Below, in pieces: positions 32,916 through 47,107 of a stretch of DNA of 64,000 nt. The notes beneath the pieces were generated by a model. The model was not told the DNA's origin. It did no database searches and worked only from the letters and a program-made list of their open reading frames with translations. The stretch is from Eledone cirrhosa. Taxonomy: Eukaryota. A program made the translations under genes and the position numbers. The number at the start of each line of letters is the position of its first letter. The stretch's first letter is position 1. The stretch spans positions 1 through 64,000 of the forward strand of contig CAXHJY010000244.1 in the NCBI GenBank assembly GCA_964016885.1, written 5' to 3'.

Positions 32916-35900
32916 ATGACCATAGTATCAAAGCTGTGGTCTCTCAATTCGGAGATTCTTTCCTGAGACATTAACCACATGACCATAGTATCAGAGCTGT
33001 GGTCTCTCAATTCGGAGATTCTTTCCTGAGACATTCTATCCACATGACCATAGGTATCAGAGCTGTGATCTCTCAATCCAGAGATTCTTTCCTGAGACAT
33101 TCTAAACACATGACCATAGTATCAGAACAGTGATATCTCAATCCAGAGGTTCTTTCCTGAGACATTCTAACCACATGACCATAGTATCAGAGCTGTGATC
33201 TCTCAATCCAGAGATTCTTTCCTGAGACATTCTAACCACATGACCATAGGTATCAGAGCTGTGATCTCTCAATCCAGAGATTCTTTCCTGAGACATTCTA
33301 AACACATGACCATAGTATCAGAACAGTGATCTCTCAATCCAGAGATTCTTTCCTGAGACATTCTATCCACATGACCATAGTATCAGAGCTGTGATCTCTC
33401 AATCCAGAGATTCTTTCCTGAGACATTCTAAACACATGACCATAGTATCAGAGCTGTGGTCTCTCAATTCGGAGATTCTTTCCTGAGACATTCTAAACAC
33501 ATGACCATAGTATCAGAGCTGTGATCTCTCAATTCGGAGATTCTTTCCTGAGACATTCTATCCACATGACCATAGTATCAGAGCTGTGATCTCTCAATCC
33601 AGAGATTCTTTCCTGAGACATTCTAACCACATGACCATAGGTATCAGAGCTGTGATCTCTCAATCCAGAGATTCTTTCCTGAGACATTCTAACCACATGA
33701 CCATAGTATCAGAACAGTGATCTCTCAATCCAGAGATTCTTTATTGAGACATTCTAACCACATGACCATAGTATCAGAACAGTGATCTCTCAATCCAGAG
33801 ATTCTTACCTGAGACATTCTAACCACATGACCATAGTATCAGAGCTGTGATCTCTCAATCCAGAGATTCTTTCCTGAGACATTCTAACCACATGACCATA
33901 GGTATCAGAGCTGTGATCTCTCAATCCAGAGATTCTTTCCTGAGACATTCTAACCACATGACCATAGTATCAGAACAGTGATCTCTCAATCCAGAGATTC
34001 TTTATTGAGACATTCTAAACACATGACCATAGTATCAGAACAGTGATCTCTCAATCCAGAGATTCTTTCTTGAGACATTCTAACCGCATGACCATAGTAT
34101 CAGAGCTGTGATCTCTCAATCCAGAGATTCTTTCCTGAGACATTCTAACCACATGACCATAGTATCAGAGCTGTGGTCTCTCAATTCGGAGATTCTTTCC
34201 TGAGACATTCTTACCACATGACCATAGTATCAGAACAGTGATCTCTCAATCCAGAGATTCTTTCTTGAGACATTCTAACCACATGACCATAGAATCAGAA
34301 CAGTGATCTCTCAATCCAGAGATTCTTTCCTGAGACATTCTAACCACATGACCATAGTATCAGAGCTGTGATCTCTTAATCCAGAGATTCTTTCCTGAGA
34401 CATTCTAACCACATGACCATAGTATCAGAACAGTGATCTCTCAATCCAGAGATTCTTTCTTGAGACATTCTAAACACATGACCATAGTATCAGAACAGTG
34501 ATCTCTCAATCCAGAGATTCTTTCTTGAGACATTCTAAACACATGACCATAGTATCAGAACAGTGATCTCTCAATCCAGAGATTCTTTCCTGAGACATCT
34601 AACCACATGACCATAGTATCAGAACAGTGATCTCTCAATCCAGAGATTCTTTCTTGAGACATTCTAAACACATGACCATAGTGTCAGAACAGTGATCTCT
34701 CAATCCAGAGATTCTTTCTTGAGACATTCTAAACACATGACCATAGTATCAGAACAGTGATCTCTCAATCCAGAGATTCTTTCCTGAGACATCTAACCAC
34801 ATGACCATAGTATCAGAACTGTGATCTCTCAATCCAGAGATACTTTCTTGAGACATTCTAACCACATGACCATAGTATCAGAACAGTGATCGCCCAATCC
34901 AGAGATTCTTTCTTGAGACATTCTAACCACATGACCATAGTATCAGAACAGTGATCTCTCAATCCAGAGATTCTTTCTTGAGACATTCTAACCACATGAC
35001 CATAGTATCAGAACAGTGATCGCCCAATCCAGAGATTCTTTCTTGAGACATTCTAACCACATAACCATAGTATCAGAACAGTGATCTCCCACCCAGAGAT
35101 ACTTTCTTGAGACATTCTAACCACATGACCATAGTATCAGAACAGTGATCTCTCAATCCAGAGATTCTTTCTTGAGACATTCTAACCACATGACCATAGT
35201 ATCAGAACAGTGATCTCTCAATCCAGAGATTCTTTCCTGAGACATTCTAACCACATGACCATAGTATCAGAACAGTGATCTCTCAATCCAGAGATTCTTT
35301 CTTGAGACATTCTAAACACATGACCATAGTATCAGAACAGTGATCTCTCAATCCAGAGATTCTTTCTTGAGACATTCTAACCGCATGACCATAGTATCAG
35401 AGCTGTGATCTCTCAATCCAGAGATTCTTTCCTGAGACATTCTAACCATATGACCATAGTATCAGAGCTGTGATCTCTCAATCCAGAGATTCTTTCTTGA
35501 GACATTCTAACCGCATGACCATAGTATCAGAGCTGTGATCTCTCAATCCAGAGATTCTTTCCTGAGACATTCTAACCATATGACCATAGTATCAGAGCTG
35601 TGATCTCTCAATCCAGAGATTCTTTCTTGAGACATTCTAACCGCATGACCATAGTATCAGAGCTGTGATATCTCAATCCAGAGATTCTTTCCTGAGACAT
35701 TCTAACCACATGACCATAGTATCAGAACTGTGATCTCTCAATCCAGAGATACTTCCCTGAGACATTCTAACCACATGACCATAGTATCAGAGCTGTGATC
35801 TCTCAATCCAGATATTCTTTCCTGAGACATTCTAACCACATGACCATAGTATCAGAACAGTGATCTCTCAATCCAGAGATTCTTTCTTGAGACATTCTAA

Positions 35901-36428
35901 ACACATGACCATAGTATCAGAACAGTGATCTCTCAATCCAGAGATTCTTTCCTGAGACATTTTACCGACATGACCATAGTATCAGAGCTGTGATCTCTCA
36001 ATCCAGAGATTCTTTCTTGAGACATTCTAACCACATGACCATAGTATCAGAACAGTGATCTCTCAATCCAGGGATTCTTTCTTGAGACATTCTAACCACA
36101 TGACCATAGTATTAGAGCTTTGATCTCTCAATCCAGAGATTCTTTCCTGAGACATTCTAACCACAGGACCATAGTATCAGAACAGTGATTTCTCAATCCA
36201 GAGATTCTTTCTTCAGACATTCTACCCACATGACCATAGTATCAGAACAGTGATCTTTCAATCCAGAGATTCTTTCCTGAGACATTCTAACCACAGGACC
36301 ATAGTATCAGAACAGTGATTTCTCAATCCAGAGATTCTTTCTTCAGACATTCTAACCACAGGACCATAGTATCAGAGCTGTGATCTCTCAATCCAGAGAT
36401 TCTTTCCTGAGACGTTTTAACCACATGA
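32916..36428 (-). repeat. 65-bp minisatellite, about 54 copies, derived from an RTE LINE ORF segment
   Basis: Unit reverse complement translates LWIERSQL*YYGHVVRMSQER; nucleotide match to the RTE fragment at 9130-9162. Confidence 0.9.
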
Positions 36429-36704
36429 TCAGTTTCAATGAGAGATCTCCATTCAGAACTGTTGCAAGTTGTGTCACGATCCATCCATGCCCTCACCACG
36501 GGACAGCCCCTCCCCCCTCTCCTCTGGGGGTGTCAGGTGTTCCTCGACAGATTTGAGATTCTTATCTATTCTGATAACAATAACAAAGAAATCTTTTCCA
36601 ATCGACGCGAGGAATATAAATATAAAAACGAAATATGGTTTCAAAAATAGCGTCCTGGTGTGTCTGTGTATGTGTCTGTGTGTATATATGTGTGTGTCTG
36701 TGTG

Positions 36705-36735
<31 letters not shown>

Positions 36736-36849
36736 CTGTCTGTGTGTGTGTGTATATATATCTGTGTGTCTGTCTGTGCGTGTTTTTATATTTCACACGT
36801 TTTTAAGGCAATAAGATAATCATCAGTAACATTTTCATATTTATACATT

Positions 36850-36857
36850 ATACATGC

Positions 36858-36909
<52 letters not shown>

Positions 36910-36958
36910 ATATATATATATGTATATGTATGTATATATATATATATATATATGTATG

Positions 36959-36991
<33 letters not shown>

Positions 36992-37196
36992 GTATATATA
37001 TATATGTATATATATATATATGTATGTACATTATACATATATACATATATATGTACATTATACATATATACATATACATATCTATATATATATATACATA
37101 CATATATATGCTTACACATATATACATACATATATATATATATACATATACATATATATACATATATATATACATATGTATGTGTGTGTATGCGTG

Positions 37197-37240
<44 letters not shown>

Positions 37241-37322
37241 TGTGTGCGTGTGTGTGTATACATCTCATATATATATTTAAATATACATAGATACACACAC
37301 ACACACAACTACACACCCACTG

Positions 37323-37380
<58 letters not shown>

Positions 37381-37400
37381 TATTTTTATATATAATTATA
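36850..37400. repeat. (TA)n variant array
   Basis: Direct inspection. Confidence 0.93.
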
Positions 37401-37498
37401 TTTTTCCTATCAATTTATCTTAATAAAATGAATTAAAATGTGTTTATAAATTTGATTAAGTGGATTTAGACAATTCGGTTATATTTGTTAGTTTATAT

Positions 37499-37529
37499 TT
37501 GTTGTTGGTGGTGGTGGTGGTGGTGGTGG

Positions 37530-37560
<31 letters not shown>

Positions 37561-37955
37561 GGTGGTGGTGGAGTTGGTGCTGGTAGTGTTGGTGCTGTTG
37601 GTGTTGTTGTTGGTGTTGTTGTTGTTGTTGGTGGTGGTGGTGATGTTGGTGGTGGTGTTGTTGTTGTTGGTGATGTTGTTGGTGGTGGTGGTGGTGGTGG
37701 TGGTGTTGTTGGTGGTGGTGCTGGTAGTGGTGCTGTTGGGTTGTTGTTGTTGTTGGTGTTGTTGTTGTTGTTGGTGGTGGTGATGTTGTTGTTGGTGGTG
37801 GTGTTATTGTTGGTGTTGTTGTTGTTGGTGGTGGTGGTGGTGGTGATGTTGATGGTGTTGGTGTTGTTGGTGCTATTGTTGGTGTTGGTGGTTTTGGTGG
37901 TGTTGGTGGTGGTGGTGGTGGCGGTGTTGTTGTTGGTGGTGGTGCTGTTGTTGCT
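37499..37955. repeat. (GGT/GTT)n tract
   Basis: Direct inspection. Confidence 0.92.
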
Positions 37956-38098
37956 CTCAGGTAAAATTCAATTTACGAGTTATAATTACCTGTGAAGGAG
38001 TTGGGTGGAGTGCACGTGTCTGTTTGATTGTCAGAGAGTTTAGAACACGGAATTCGAATTATTTACAATTACTCTAAGTTAACAATAAGTTAGACAGA

Positions 38099-38345
38099 GG
38101 GGTGGTGTAATCAGTAGAGCGTCGTCGGACAATATGCTTTTCGACATAGAGATACGTCCCTCGTTATCTTCAATTTGGTAGATAAAATAAAGTATAATCA
38201 ACTTTCTTTCGCCTCCCCACAAAATTGTTTAACGATTTATCAGATACGTGAGAGCGTAGAGTAGAATGTCTGGTGGCATGTTTTCTGGTTCTCTGTGCAC
38301 CAAGTTTAAAACTTATTGAGTACAACTTTACCTTTCATGTTTCCA
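38099..38345 (+). mobile_element. Degenerate SINE family A relics
   Basis: cagtagagcgtcgtcggacaatatgcttt, gataaaataaagta and ctttacctttcat remnants. Confidence 0.55.
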
Positions 38346-38439
38346 GACTCCTACTAATTAACTGCTGCGCTAATTAATACTAGCTTGCGTTATTGGAGAT
38401 CAATAGAAATCGATTATTTACAAAACCTATATATAAAAA

Positions 38440-39028
38440 TATATTACTCTCTGTACATCAACATTTCCTGCTGACGATGCGTAAATTGTATTTTCACAGT
38501 AAAGTCTTTACCTCACATAATATCTCACATAACAGTTAAATTACTCTATATATACTATTGTATTTTCACAATAAAGGCTTTACCTCACATAATATCTCAC
38601 ATAACATTTACATTACTCTATATATACTATTGTATTTTCACAGTAAAGGCTTTACTTCACATAATATCTCACATAACAGTTAAATGACTCTATATATACT
38701 ATTGTATTTTCACAATAAAGGCTTTACCTCACATAATATCTCACATAACATTTACATTACTCTATATATACTATTATATTTTCAGAGTAAAGGCTTTACC
38801 TCACATAATATCTCACATAACATTTACTCTATATTTACTATCATATTTTCATGGTAAAAGATTTACCTCACATAATTACCTCACATAATATCGAATATAT
38901 TAGATTTTGATATAATTTATTTTGAGAACAATACCTTAATGTCAGTATGAGCGGTCGATTTTAGTCGGTTTGAACAGAAAGAGGTGAAAGAATTCTGGCC
39001 GGATACGGCCGGTTTAAATGCTAAAGGG
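38440..39028. mobile_element. piggyBac-like MITE copy with an internal 72-bp unit amplified about 5.5 times; left TIR not recognisable
   Basis: Homologous to 7960-8238; ends ggtttaaatgctaaaggg-TTAA. Confidence 0.8.
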
Positions 39029-39033
39029 TTAAA

Positions 39034-39326
39034 GTGTTGTCTGTCATAGTTTGTAATTTATGTATGTATATATATTATTGGCCAGGAGGGCCTAACATAC
39101 AGTACATTACGGGAGAGTGTTATATACGTGTTGTCTGTCACAGATTGTAACTTATGTATATATATATATTATTGGCCAGGAGGGCCTAACATACAGTACA
39201 TTACGGGAAAGTGTTATATACGTGTTGTCTGTCATAGATTGTAACTTATGTATATCTATATATTATTGGCCAGGGGGGCCTAACATACAGTACATTACGG
39301 GAGAGTGTTATATACGTGTTGTCTGT
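39034..39326. repeat. 94-bp tandem repeat, 3 copies
   Basis: Units start at 39034, 39128 and 39222, immediately after the MITE TTAA. Confidence 0.9.
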
Positions 39327-39696
39327 TTTGTAAGAGTTTTTCAATATATTGTGTTATGTTAATCATACCAGATCTTATTGGGTTTCTCTCTCAAACATCA
39401 TCTCTTATTTAGATAGCTTCCTTTTTGATACCCATATATAGGTCTGTGTATATATGTGTCAGTAACAGTGTATATGTGTGTGTGTGCTTATGTATGTATA
39501 TATATATATATATATATATATTTATTTATTTATTTATATACATATTTATTTATATATGTACATATACACACGCACACACATATATATACATATATATATA
39601 CATATATACATATATGTATACATATATACACATATATACACATATATACGCATATATATATATACATATATATGTATGTATATATGTATATATGTA

Positions 39697-39734
<38 letters not shown>

Positions 39735-39950
39735 CATATATGCATACATATATACATATATACATACATATATACATATATGCATACATATATACATATA
39801 TACATATATACATACATATATACATATATATATAAACACATACTATACACATCTGATATACAGACGCACCTGAATGGATGAACATTGCTCAAAGAACCGT
39901 GACTGAAAGCACGTGCAAAACACATAAGCTGCATTTGTGTCAATGTGAGT

Positions 39951-39993
<43 letters not shown>

Positions 39994-40027
39994 TGCACGT
40001 GCGTGTGTGTATGTGTGTGTGTTTAAG

Positions 40028-40292
40028 CTCATAAGGTCACGTTGTAGCCTTGAGCCAGAGACTTCATTCCACGTCGCTCCAGTTCAATCAGGCGGCAAAA
40101 ATCGATTCCGCCTGTAATTCGAAAGGCCAGCTTTGACACATTCTGTGTCAGCCCGAATCTCCCTGAGAACTACGTTAAGGATACACGTGTCTGTGGAATG
40201 CTCAGCCACTTGCACGTTAATTTTACGAGCAGGCTTTTCCTTTGATCATATCAAGTGACGCTGTCTTCGTCGACACTGACGGAGAACCAGTT
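40028..40292 (+). mobile_element. SINE family B fragment (CORE-like head remnant plus a gctcagccacttgcacgttaa domain)
   Basis: ccttgagccagagacttcattccacgtcgctcc is related to the 44227 SINE; the body recalls octopus OR-type SINEs (recognition from memory). Confidence 0.6.
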
Positions 40293-40314
40293 ATTCAGAC
40301 TCGTTATTCGAGGT

Positions 40315-42198
40315 ACATATGTGTATGTATGTGTATGTCTATATATGTGTAAGTCTATCTCTGTGTATATGTATGTGTATGTATGTGTATGTGTATGTCT
40401 ATATATGTGTAAGTCTATCTCTGTGTATATGTATGTGTATGTATGTGTATGTCTATATATGTGTAAGTTTATCTATGTGTATATGTATGTGTATGTCTGT
40501 GTATGTCTATGTATGCCTATATGTATGTATGTGTGTATGTATGTCTGTGTATGTCTATGTATGTGTATGTATGTGTATGTGTATGTCTATATATGTGTAA
40601 GTCTATCTATGTGTATATGTATGTGTATGTCTGTGTATGTGTATGTCTATCTATGTGTATGTCTGTATGTCTATGTATGTCTATATGTCTGTATGTGTGT
40701 ATGTATGTCCGTGTATGTCTATGTATGTGTATGTCTATCTATGTGTATGTCTATATATGTGTAAGTCTATCTATGTGTATATGTATGTGTATGTCTATCT
40801 ATGTGTATGTGTATGTCTATGTATGTGTATGTATGTGTATGTGTATGTCTATATATGTGTAAGTCTATCTATGTGTATATGTATGTGTATGTCTGTGTAT
40901 GTCTATCTATGTGTATGTGTATGTCTATGTATGTGTATGTATGTGTATGTGTATGTCTATATATGTGTAAGTCTATCTATGTGTATATGTATGTGTATGT
41001 CTGTGTATGTCTGTCTATGTGTATGTGTATGTCTATGTATGTGTATGTATGTGTATGTGTATGTCTATATATGTGTAAGTCTATCTATGTGTATATGTAT
41101 GTGTATGTCTGTGTATGTCTATCTATGTGTATGTCTGTGTATGTCTATGTATGTCTATATGTCTGTGTATGTCTATGTATGTGTATGTCTCTCTATGTAT
41201 GTATGTATGTATGTATGTGTGTGTATGTGTATATTATATGTCTGTCTATATATGTATGTGTATATGTCTCTCTATGTATGTGTATATGTCTGTCTATATA
41301 TGTATGTATGTATGTCTATATATGTATATGTGTATGTCTCTATATATATATGTGTCTCTATGTATGTATATGTCTCTCTATATATGTATATGCGTATGTC
41401 TATATATGTATGTGTGTGTATGTCTCTCTATGTATGTATGTATGTTTATATATGTATGTGTGTATATGTCTGTCTATATATGTATATATGTGTATGTCTA
41501 TATATGTATGTATGTATATGTGTATGTCTATATATGTATATATGTATATGTCTGTCTATGTATGTATGTGTGTATGTCTGTCTATATATGTATATGTGTG
41601 TGTCTATATATGTATATATGTGTATGTCTCTCTATGTATGTATGTATGTATGTATGTATGTATGTATGTATGTCTATATATGTATATGTGTATGTCTGTC
41701 TATATATGTATATGTCTGTCTATATATGTATATATGTATATATGTATATGTCTATCTATGTATGTATATATGTATATATGTATATGTCTGTCTATATATG
41801 TATATATGTATGTATGTATATATATGTATATATGTATATGTCTGTCTATATATGCATATATGTATATATGTATATGTCTCTCTATATATGTATATACGTA
41901 TATATGTATATACGTATATGCCTGTCTATATATGTATATATGTATATGTCTGTCTATATATGTATATATGTATATATGTATATGTCTGTCTATGTATGTA
42001 TATATATGTATATGTCTGTCTATATATGTATATATGTATATATGTATATATGTATATGTCTGTCTATATATGTATATATATGTATATGTCTGTCTATATA
42101 TGTATATATGTATACATGTATATATGTATATGTCTGTCTATATATGTATATATGTATGTATGTATATATGTATATGTCTGTCTATGTATGTATATATG

Positions 42199-42229
<31 letters not shown>

Positions 42230-42572
42230 GTATATATGTATATGTCTGTCTATGTATACATGCATATGTGTCACCTTCACGATAAGACTTCCAGATCTTG
42301 TCAAAGAAATTGACTGGAGTTTTGTTGAAGAAATCTTCAACAACTTATTTTAAGAATCATGTTGATGACTTCATATATTTCCCTCATCGACCACTTAATC
42401 TCCTTTTCCACACACATATCGATCACCACTGAATATAGATTAGTTTCTTTTTTTATCTGCTGTAGGTGGCATTCAAAATGTTTTATGCAAAAAGCCATAA
42501 AAAAAACATGTATTTTTATAAGTACGCATGGATATACATGTGTATATATATATGTATATATATGTATATATG

Positions 42573-42607
<35 letters not shown>

Positions 42608-42752
42608 ATATATATGTTTATATATATATGTTCATATATATATATATATATGTGTGTGTGTGTATATATATATATATGTATGTGTATATATATATATGTA
42701 TGTATAGATATATGTATATATATAGATATACATATATATATATGTATGTATG

Positions 42753-42783
<31 letters not shown>

Positions 42784-42840
42784 GTATGTATAGATATATG
42801 TATATATATAGATATACATATATATATATATGTATGTATG

Positions 42841-42873
<33 letters not shown>

Positions 42874-42878
42874 GTATG

Positions 42879-42919
<41 letters not shown>

Positions 42920-42920
42920 G

Positions 42921-42985
<65 letters not shown>

Positions 42986-42991
42986 GTATGG

Positions 42992-43061
<70 letters not shown>

Positions 43062-43235
43062 ATATATACATATATATATATAAACATATATATATATATG
43101 TATATATATATGCGTATATATATATATATATGTGTATATATATATACATACATATATATATACATACATATATATATACATACATATACATACATATATA
43201 TATATACATACATATACATACATATATATGCATAC

Positions 43236-43272
<37 letters not shown>

Positions 43273-43275
43273 TAC

Positions 43276-43308
<33 letters not shown>

Positions 43309-43498
43309 CATACATATATATATATATACATACATATATATATATATACATACATATATATATACATACATACATATATATATATATACATACATATATA
43401 TATACATACATACATATACATACATATATATATACATACATATATATATACATACATACATATATACATACATATATATATATATATATACATACATA

Positions 43499-43537
<39 letters not shown>

Positions 43538-43540
43538 GTG
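40315..43540. repeat. Compound (TATG/TGTC/TA)n arrays with an island at about 42270-42530
   Basis: Direct inspection. Confidence 0.92.
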
Positions 43541-43549
43541 TGTTAAGTA

Positions 43550-43746
43550 ATAATTCCGAAGAAAAAGCAAAGGAAAAAAAGAGTGCTCTATGTATAAAAC
43601 AGAGCTATTTAATCAGAAAGTAAACAACACAAAATATAACTAATCCATTACCAAAGGTTTCAGGACACAGACATGTGTCAATATTGTCTGTGTCCTGAAA
43701 CGTTTGGTAATGTAGTAGTTATATATGGTGTTGTTTACTTTCTCAA
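43550..43746. mobile_element. Fold-back copy of the 46720 hammerhead family, inverted at stem II
   Basis: ccattaccaaaggtttcaggacacagaca-tgtgtcaatat-tgtctgtgtcctgaaacgtttggtaatg. Confidence 0.78.
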
Positions 43747-43762
43747 TATATATATATGTGTG

Positions 43763-43845
<83 letters not shown>

Positions 43846-43846
43846 G

Positions 43847-43897
<51 letters not shown>

Positions 43898-43922
43898 GTA
43901 TATATATATATGTATATATATG

Positions 43923-43991
<69 letters not shown>

Positions 43992-44032
43992 GTATATATA
44001 TATGTATATATATATATGTATATATATATATG

Positions 44033-44115
<83 letters not shown>

Positions 44116-44122
44116 GTATATG

Positions 44123-44180
<58 letters not shown>

Positions 44181-44226
44181 CATGATACATACATACATAG
44201 ATACATATATATATATATATATATAT

Positions 44227-44447
44227 GACAGTCGATTGACTTTCGTCAAATCGGACCGAGGAAACAATGTTTCCATTGGTCTTTCCAATTGCTAATACTA
44301 TCTATCGGTCGCAACTCCAGGTAGAAGGAGCAACGTGAAATAAAATGTCTTGCCCAAGGACATAACACATCGCCCGGTCCAGGAATCGAACTCACAACCT
44401 CATGATTGAGAGCTCAATTCTCTTACCACTCAGCCACGCGCCTTCAC
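44227..44447 (-). mobile_element. tRNA-derived CORE-type SINE; partial + copy at 61885-62014
   Basis: Minus strand: gtggctgagtggtaagag (A box), gagttcgattcc (B box), tccttgggcaagacattt (CORE-like). Confidence 0.82.
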
Positions 44448-44504
44448 TATATATATACATATCACTACATATATATACATACCTAAATATCACTACATAT
44501 ATAC

Positions 44505-44551
<47 letters not shown>

Positions 44552-45594
44552 AGCTATGTAGCTATGTATGTATGTATCATATATATATATGTATTATGTT
44601 TATTTTTATATATGTAGTGATATGGATGCGTGTATTTATGTATGTATGTACGTATGTGTTCTCTCTCCCTCTATCTCTCTTAATTTTGGGTTTATTTTTG
44701 ACCGGCCACCTTCCCGGTGGCAAGGTTGTTAAAAAAACAAACAGAAATTTTCGCTGTTCTATTTGCAATTGTTCTTCATTTGAATTGTAAGAATGTTTTG
44801 CAGATTTCGAAGATTCCAGATATCGCGGCCATTTGTAGATCTTCGATAAAGTAGCTACGTTCTCTCGCCATAAATTCAGTCATACATTAGTTCAGATGAG
44901 CTGGTATATATCCCGTAGGCCCAATAATAATTGTTTCTATTTTGGGGCACAAGGCCAGCAATAACAACAACAATAGCTGCAATCGTTGTCAGTGAGTGCA
45001 GTAACCCAACATCAAAGGAATAAAAATAAAAAAAGGAATGAAGGCAACATTGAGAAGATAGTGCACTGGACGTTATGAGAGACAAAACAGACAAACAAAA
45101 AAAGACGACAAAAGCAGAGACGAAGAGAAAAATGGTACAGACGCCGACCCTGACCTTATGTCTGAGTCACCTGACGTGAAGGTGGCGTGGGACTTGAACG
45201 TTCAATTTAATCACGATATACATGAAAGAAGATATTGTTATTACTGGGGAGAAAGAGAGAAATAAAGGAAAAGTCTTTAATTTAATTGGTCGATCGTTGG
45301 AGACAAAGGAAATGGATTTCACGGCCGTTTGAGATTGAGATGCTAAATAGAGTCTGTAACAAAGACAAAAAGGAGCGCTTATAATTAATAGAGAAAAGGC
45401 ATTGTCTGATGAGATAATTAATGTTAGCAACACCTGAGGGATAGAAGAGAGACAGAGAGAGGGGGAGAAAGAGAGGGAGAGGGGTAAAAAGAGAGAGAGA
45501 GAGGGGTAAAGAGAGGGAGAGGGGTAAAAAGAGAGAGAGAGAGAGAGAGGGGTAAAAAGAGAGAGAGGGGGGAGTTGGAGAGTGGGTTGAAGTC

Positions 45595-45848
45595 ATACTA
45601 GTTGTAGTAGTAGTAGTGCGTGGCCCATCTCTGTTGCTGCTGCTGCTACTGCTACTACTACTACTACTGCTGCTGCTATTGCTACTACTACTACTAATGC
45701 TGCTGCTTCTACTACTACTAATACTGCTATTACTGCTGCTGCTGCTACTACTACTACTACTACTACTGCTACTACTATTAATACTAGTAATACTAATACT
45801 ACTACTACTACTACCACTACTATTACTACTACTACTACAACTACTACT
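45595..45848. repeat. (CTA/CTG)n tract
   Basis: Direct inspection. Confidence 0.9.
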
Positions 45849-46022
45849 GAAGAATGATATCCGAAACGTTACGACTCTCTCATTACCACAGCAGAGATCC
45901 GACGAGCTTTTGTTTCCAGAGTTGGGCCAGATCGATACAGATCGAACTTTGAGCTGATCAATAGCGAAACGCGCGTCACTACTCAATAAACGTAATGAAG
46001 GCATAACAATTCGTCCTTTTAC

Positions 46023-46066
<44 letters not shown>

Positions 46067-46069
<3 letters not shown>

Positions 46070-46348
46070 AAAATGTTTGACCCCGATGGCAGAGCTCAAG
46101 CCGTTTCGACGGGTATTTCTGGACTTAGAAATAGCCGTCGAAACGGCTTGAGCTCTGCCGTCGGGGTCAAACATTTTCCTATTACCCACTCTACTACCCT
46201 AAGTATTGAGTACTCTGGTGCGTTATGGTCCATCTGGTTCCTTACCAGTCTTCCTTCATTATATATATATATATCGATATATGTTCGATTAGATATATAT
46301 ATATCAATATATGTTCGATTAGATATATATATATCGATATATATTCGA

Positions 46349-46392
<44 letters not shown>

Positions 46393-46585
46393 GAAGGAGG
46401 TGTGGTAAGGAACCAGATGGACCATAACGCACCAAAGTACTCAATACTTAGGGTAGTAGAGTGGGTAATAGGAACGAGTAGGACGCCGACGGCTGAGCTC
46501 AAGCCGTTTCGACGGCTAATTCTGGACTAAAAAAAAAAAAAAAAAAAAAAACGGCTTGAGCTCAGCCGTCGGGGTCCTACTCGTT

Positions 46586-46589
<4 letters not shown>
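46067..46589. mobile_element. Two tail-to-tail fold-back elements around a (TA)n-rich spacer, each retaining hammerhead stem II, GAAA, stem III and GUC
   Basis: Palindrome 46067-46180 centred on ggactt; arms 46176-46260 and 46390-46474 inverted; second palindrome 46470-46589. Confidence 0.82.
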
Positions 46590-46630
<41 letters not shown>

Positions 46631-46674
46631 CGGCGATGTTATTAATTCTGGCAATATTACACAAATATGACCCT

Positions 46675-46720
<46 letters not shown>

Positions 46721-46788
46721 TTCCAACCTCACTTTCAATTTTAATAGATTTTCAATCTCATTTCCTATTTTTATATATTTCATAACAT

Positions 46789-46856
46789 CTCTATCTGATG
46801 AGCGAACTAGACATATGTTAATATTGTCTGGGATCCTGAAACCTTTGGTAATGGAG
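46789..46856 (+). ncRNA. Type I hammerhead ribozyme motif (host element about 46720-46921)
   Basis: ctctat-CTGATGA-[hairpin agaca..tgtct]-GAA-acc ttt ggt-A-atggag; base of stem II is decayed. Confidence 0.68.
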
Positions 46857-47107
46857 TAGTTATATATTGTATTGTTCACTTTCTAATTAAATAGCTCTGT
46901 TTTATACATAGAGCACTCTTTGTGTGTGTGTGTTTGTGTGTATAAGTGCGTGTGTGAATAAGTGTGCGTGTTTGTGTGTATAAGTGCGTGTGTGAATAAG
47001 TGTGCGTGTGTGTGTGTGTGTGTATACGAACCCCAAACAAGTTTAATGAATTAACATCAATAGAGGTCAACAGCTTACAAAAAAAAAATGACCACAAGGG
47101 GGAGTTG

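Noticed and set aside
44340-44447. tRNA gene
   Set aside because: A/B boxes are present but run into a SINE body, with no convincing cloverleaf or acceptor stem. The same applies to the SINE family A heads.
45403-45440. CTGATGA motif
   Set aside because: No stem II-GAAA follows; a chance match. The same applies to ctgatga at 32913.
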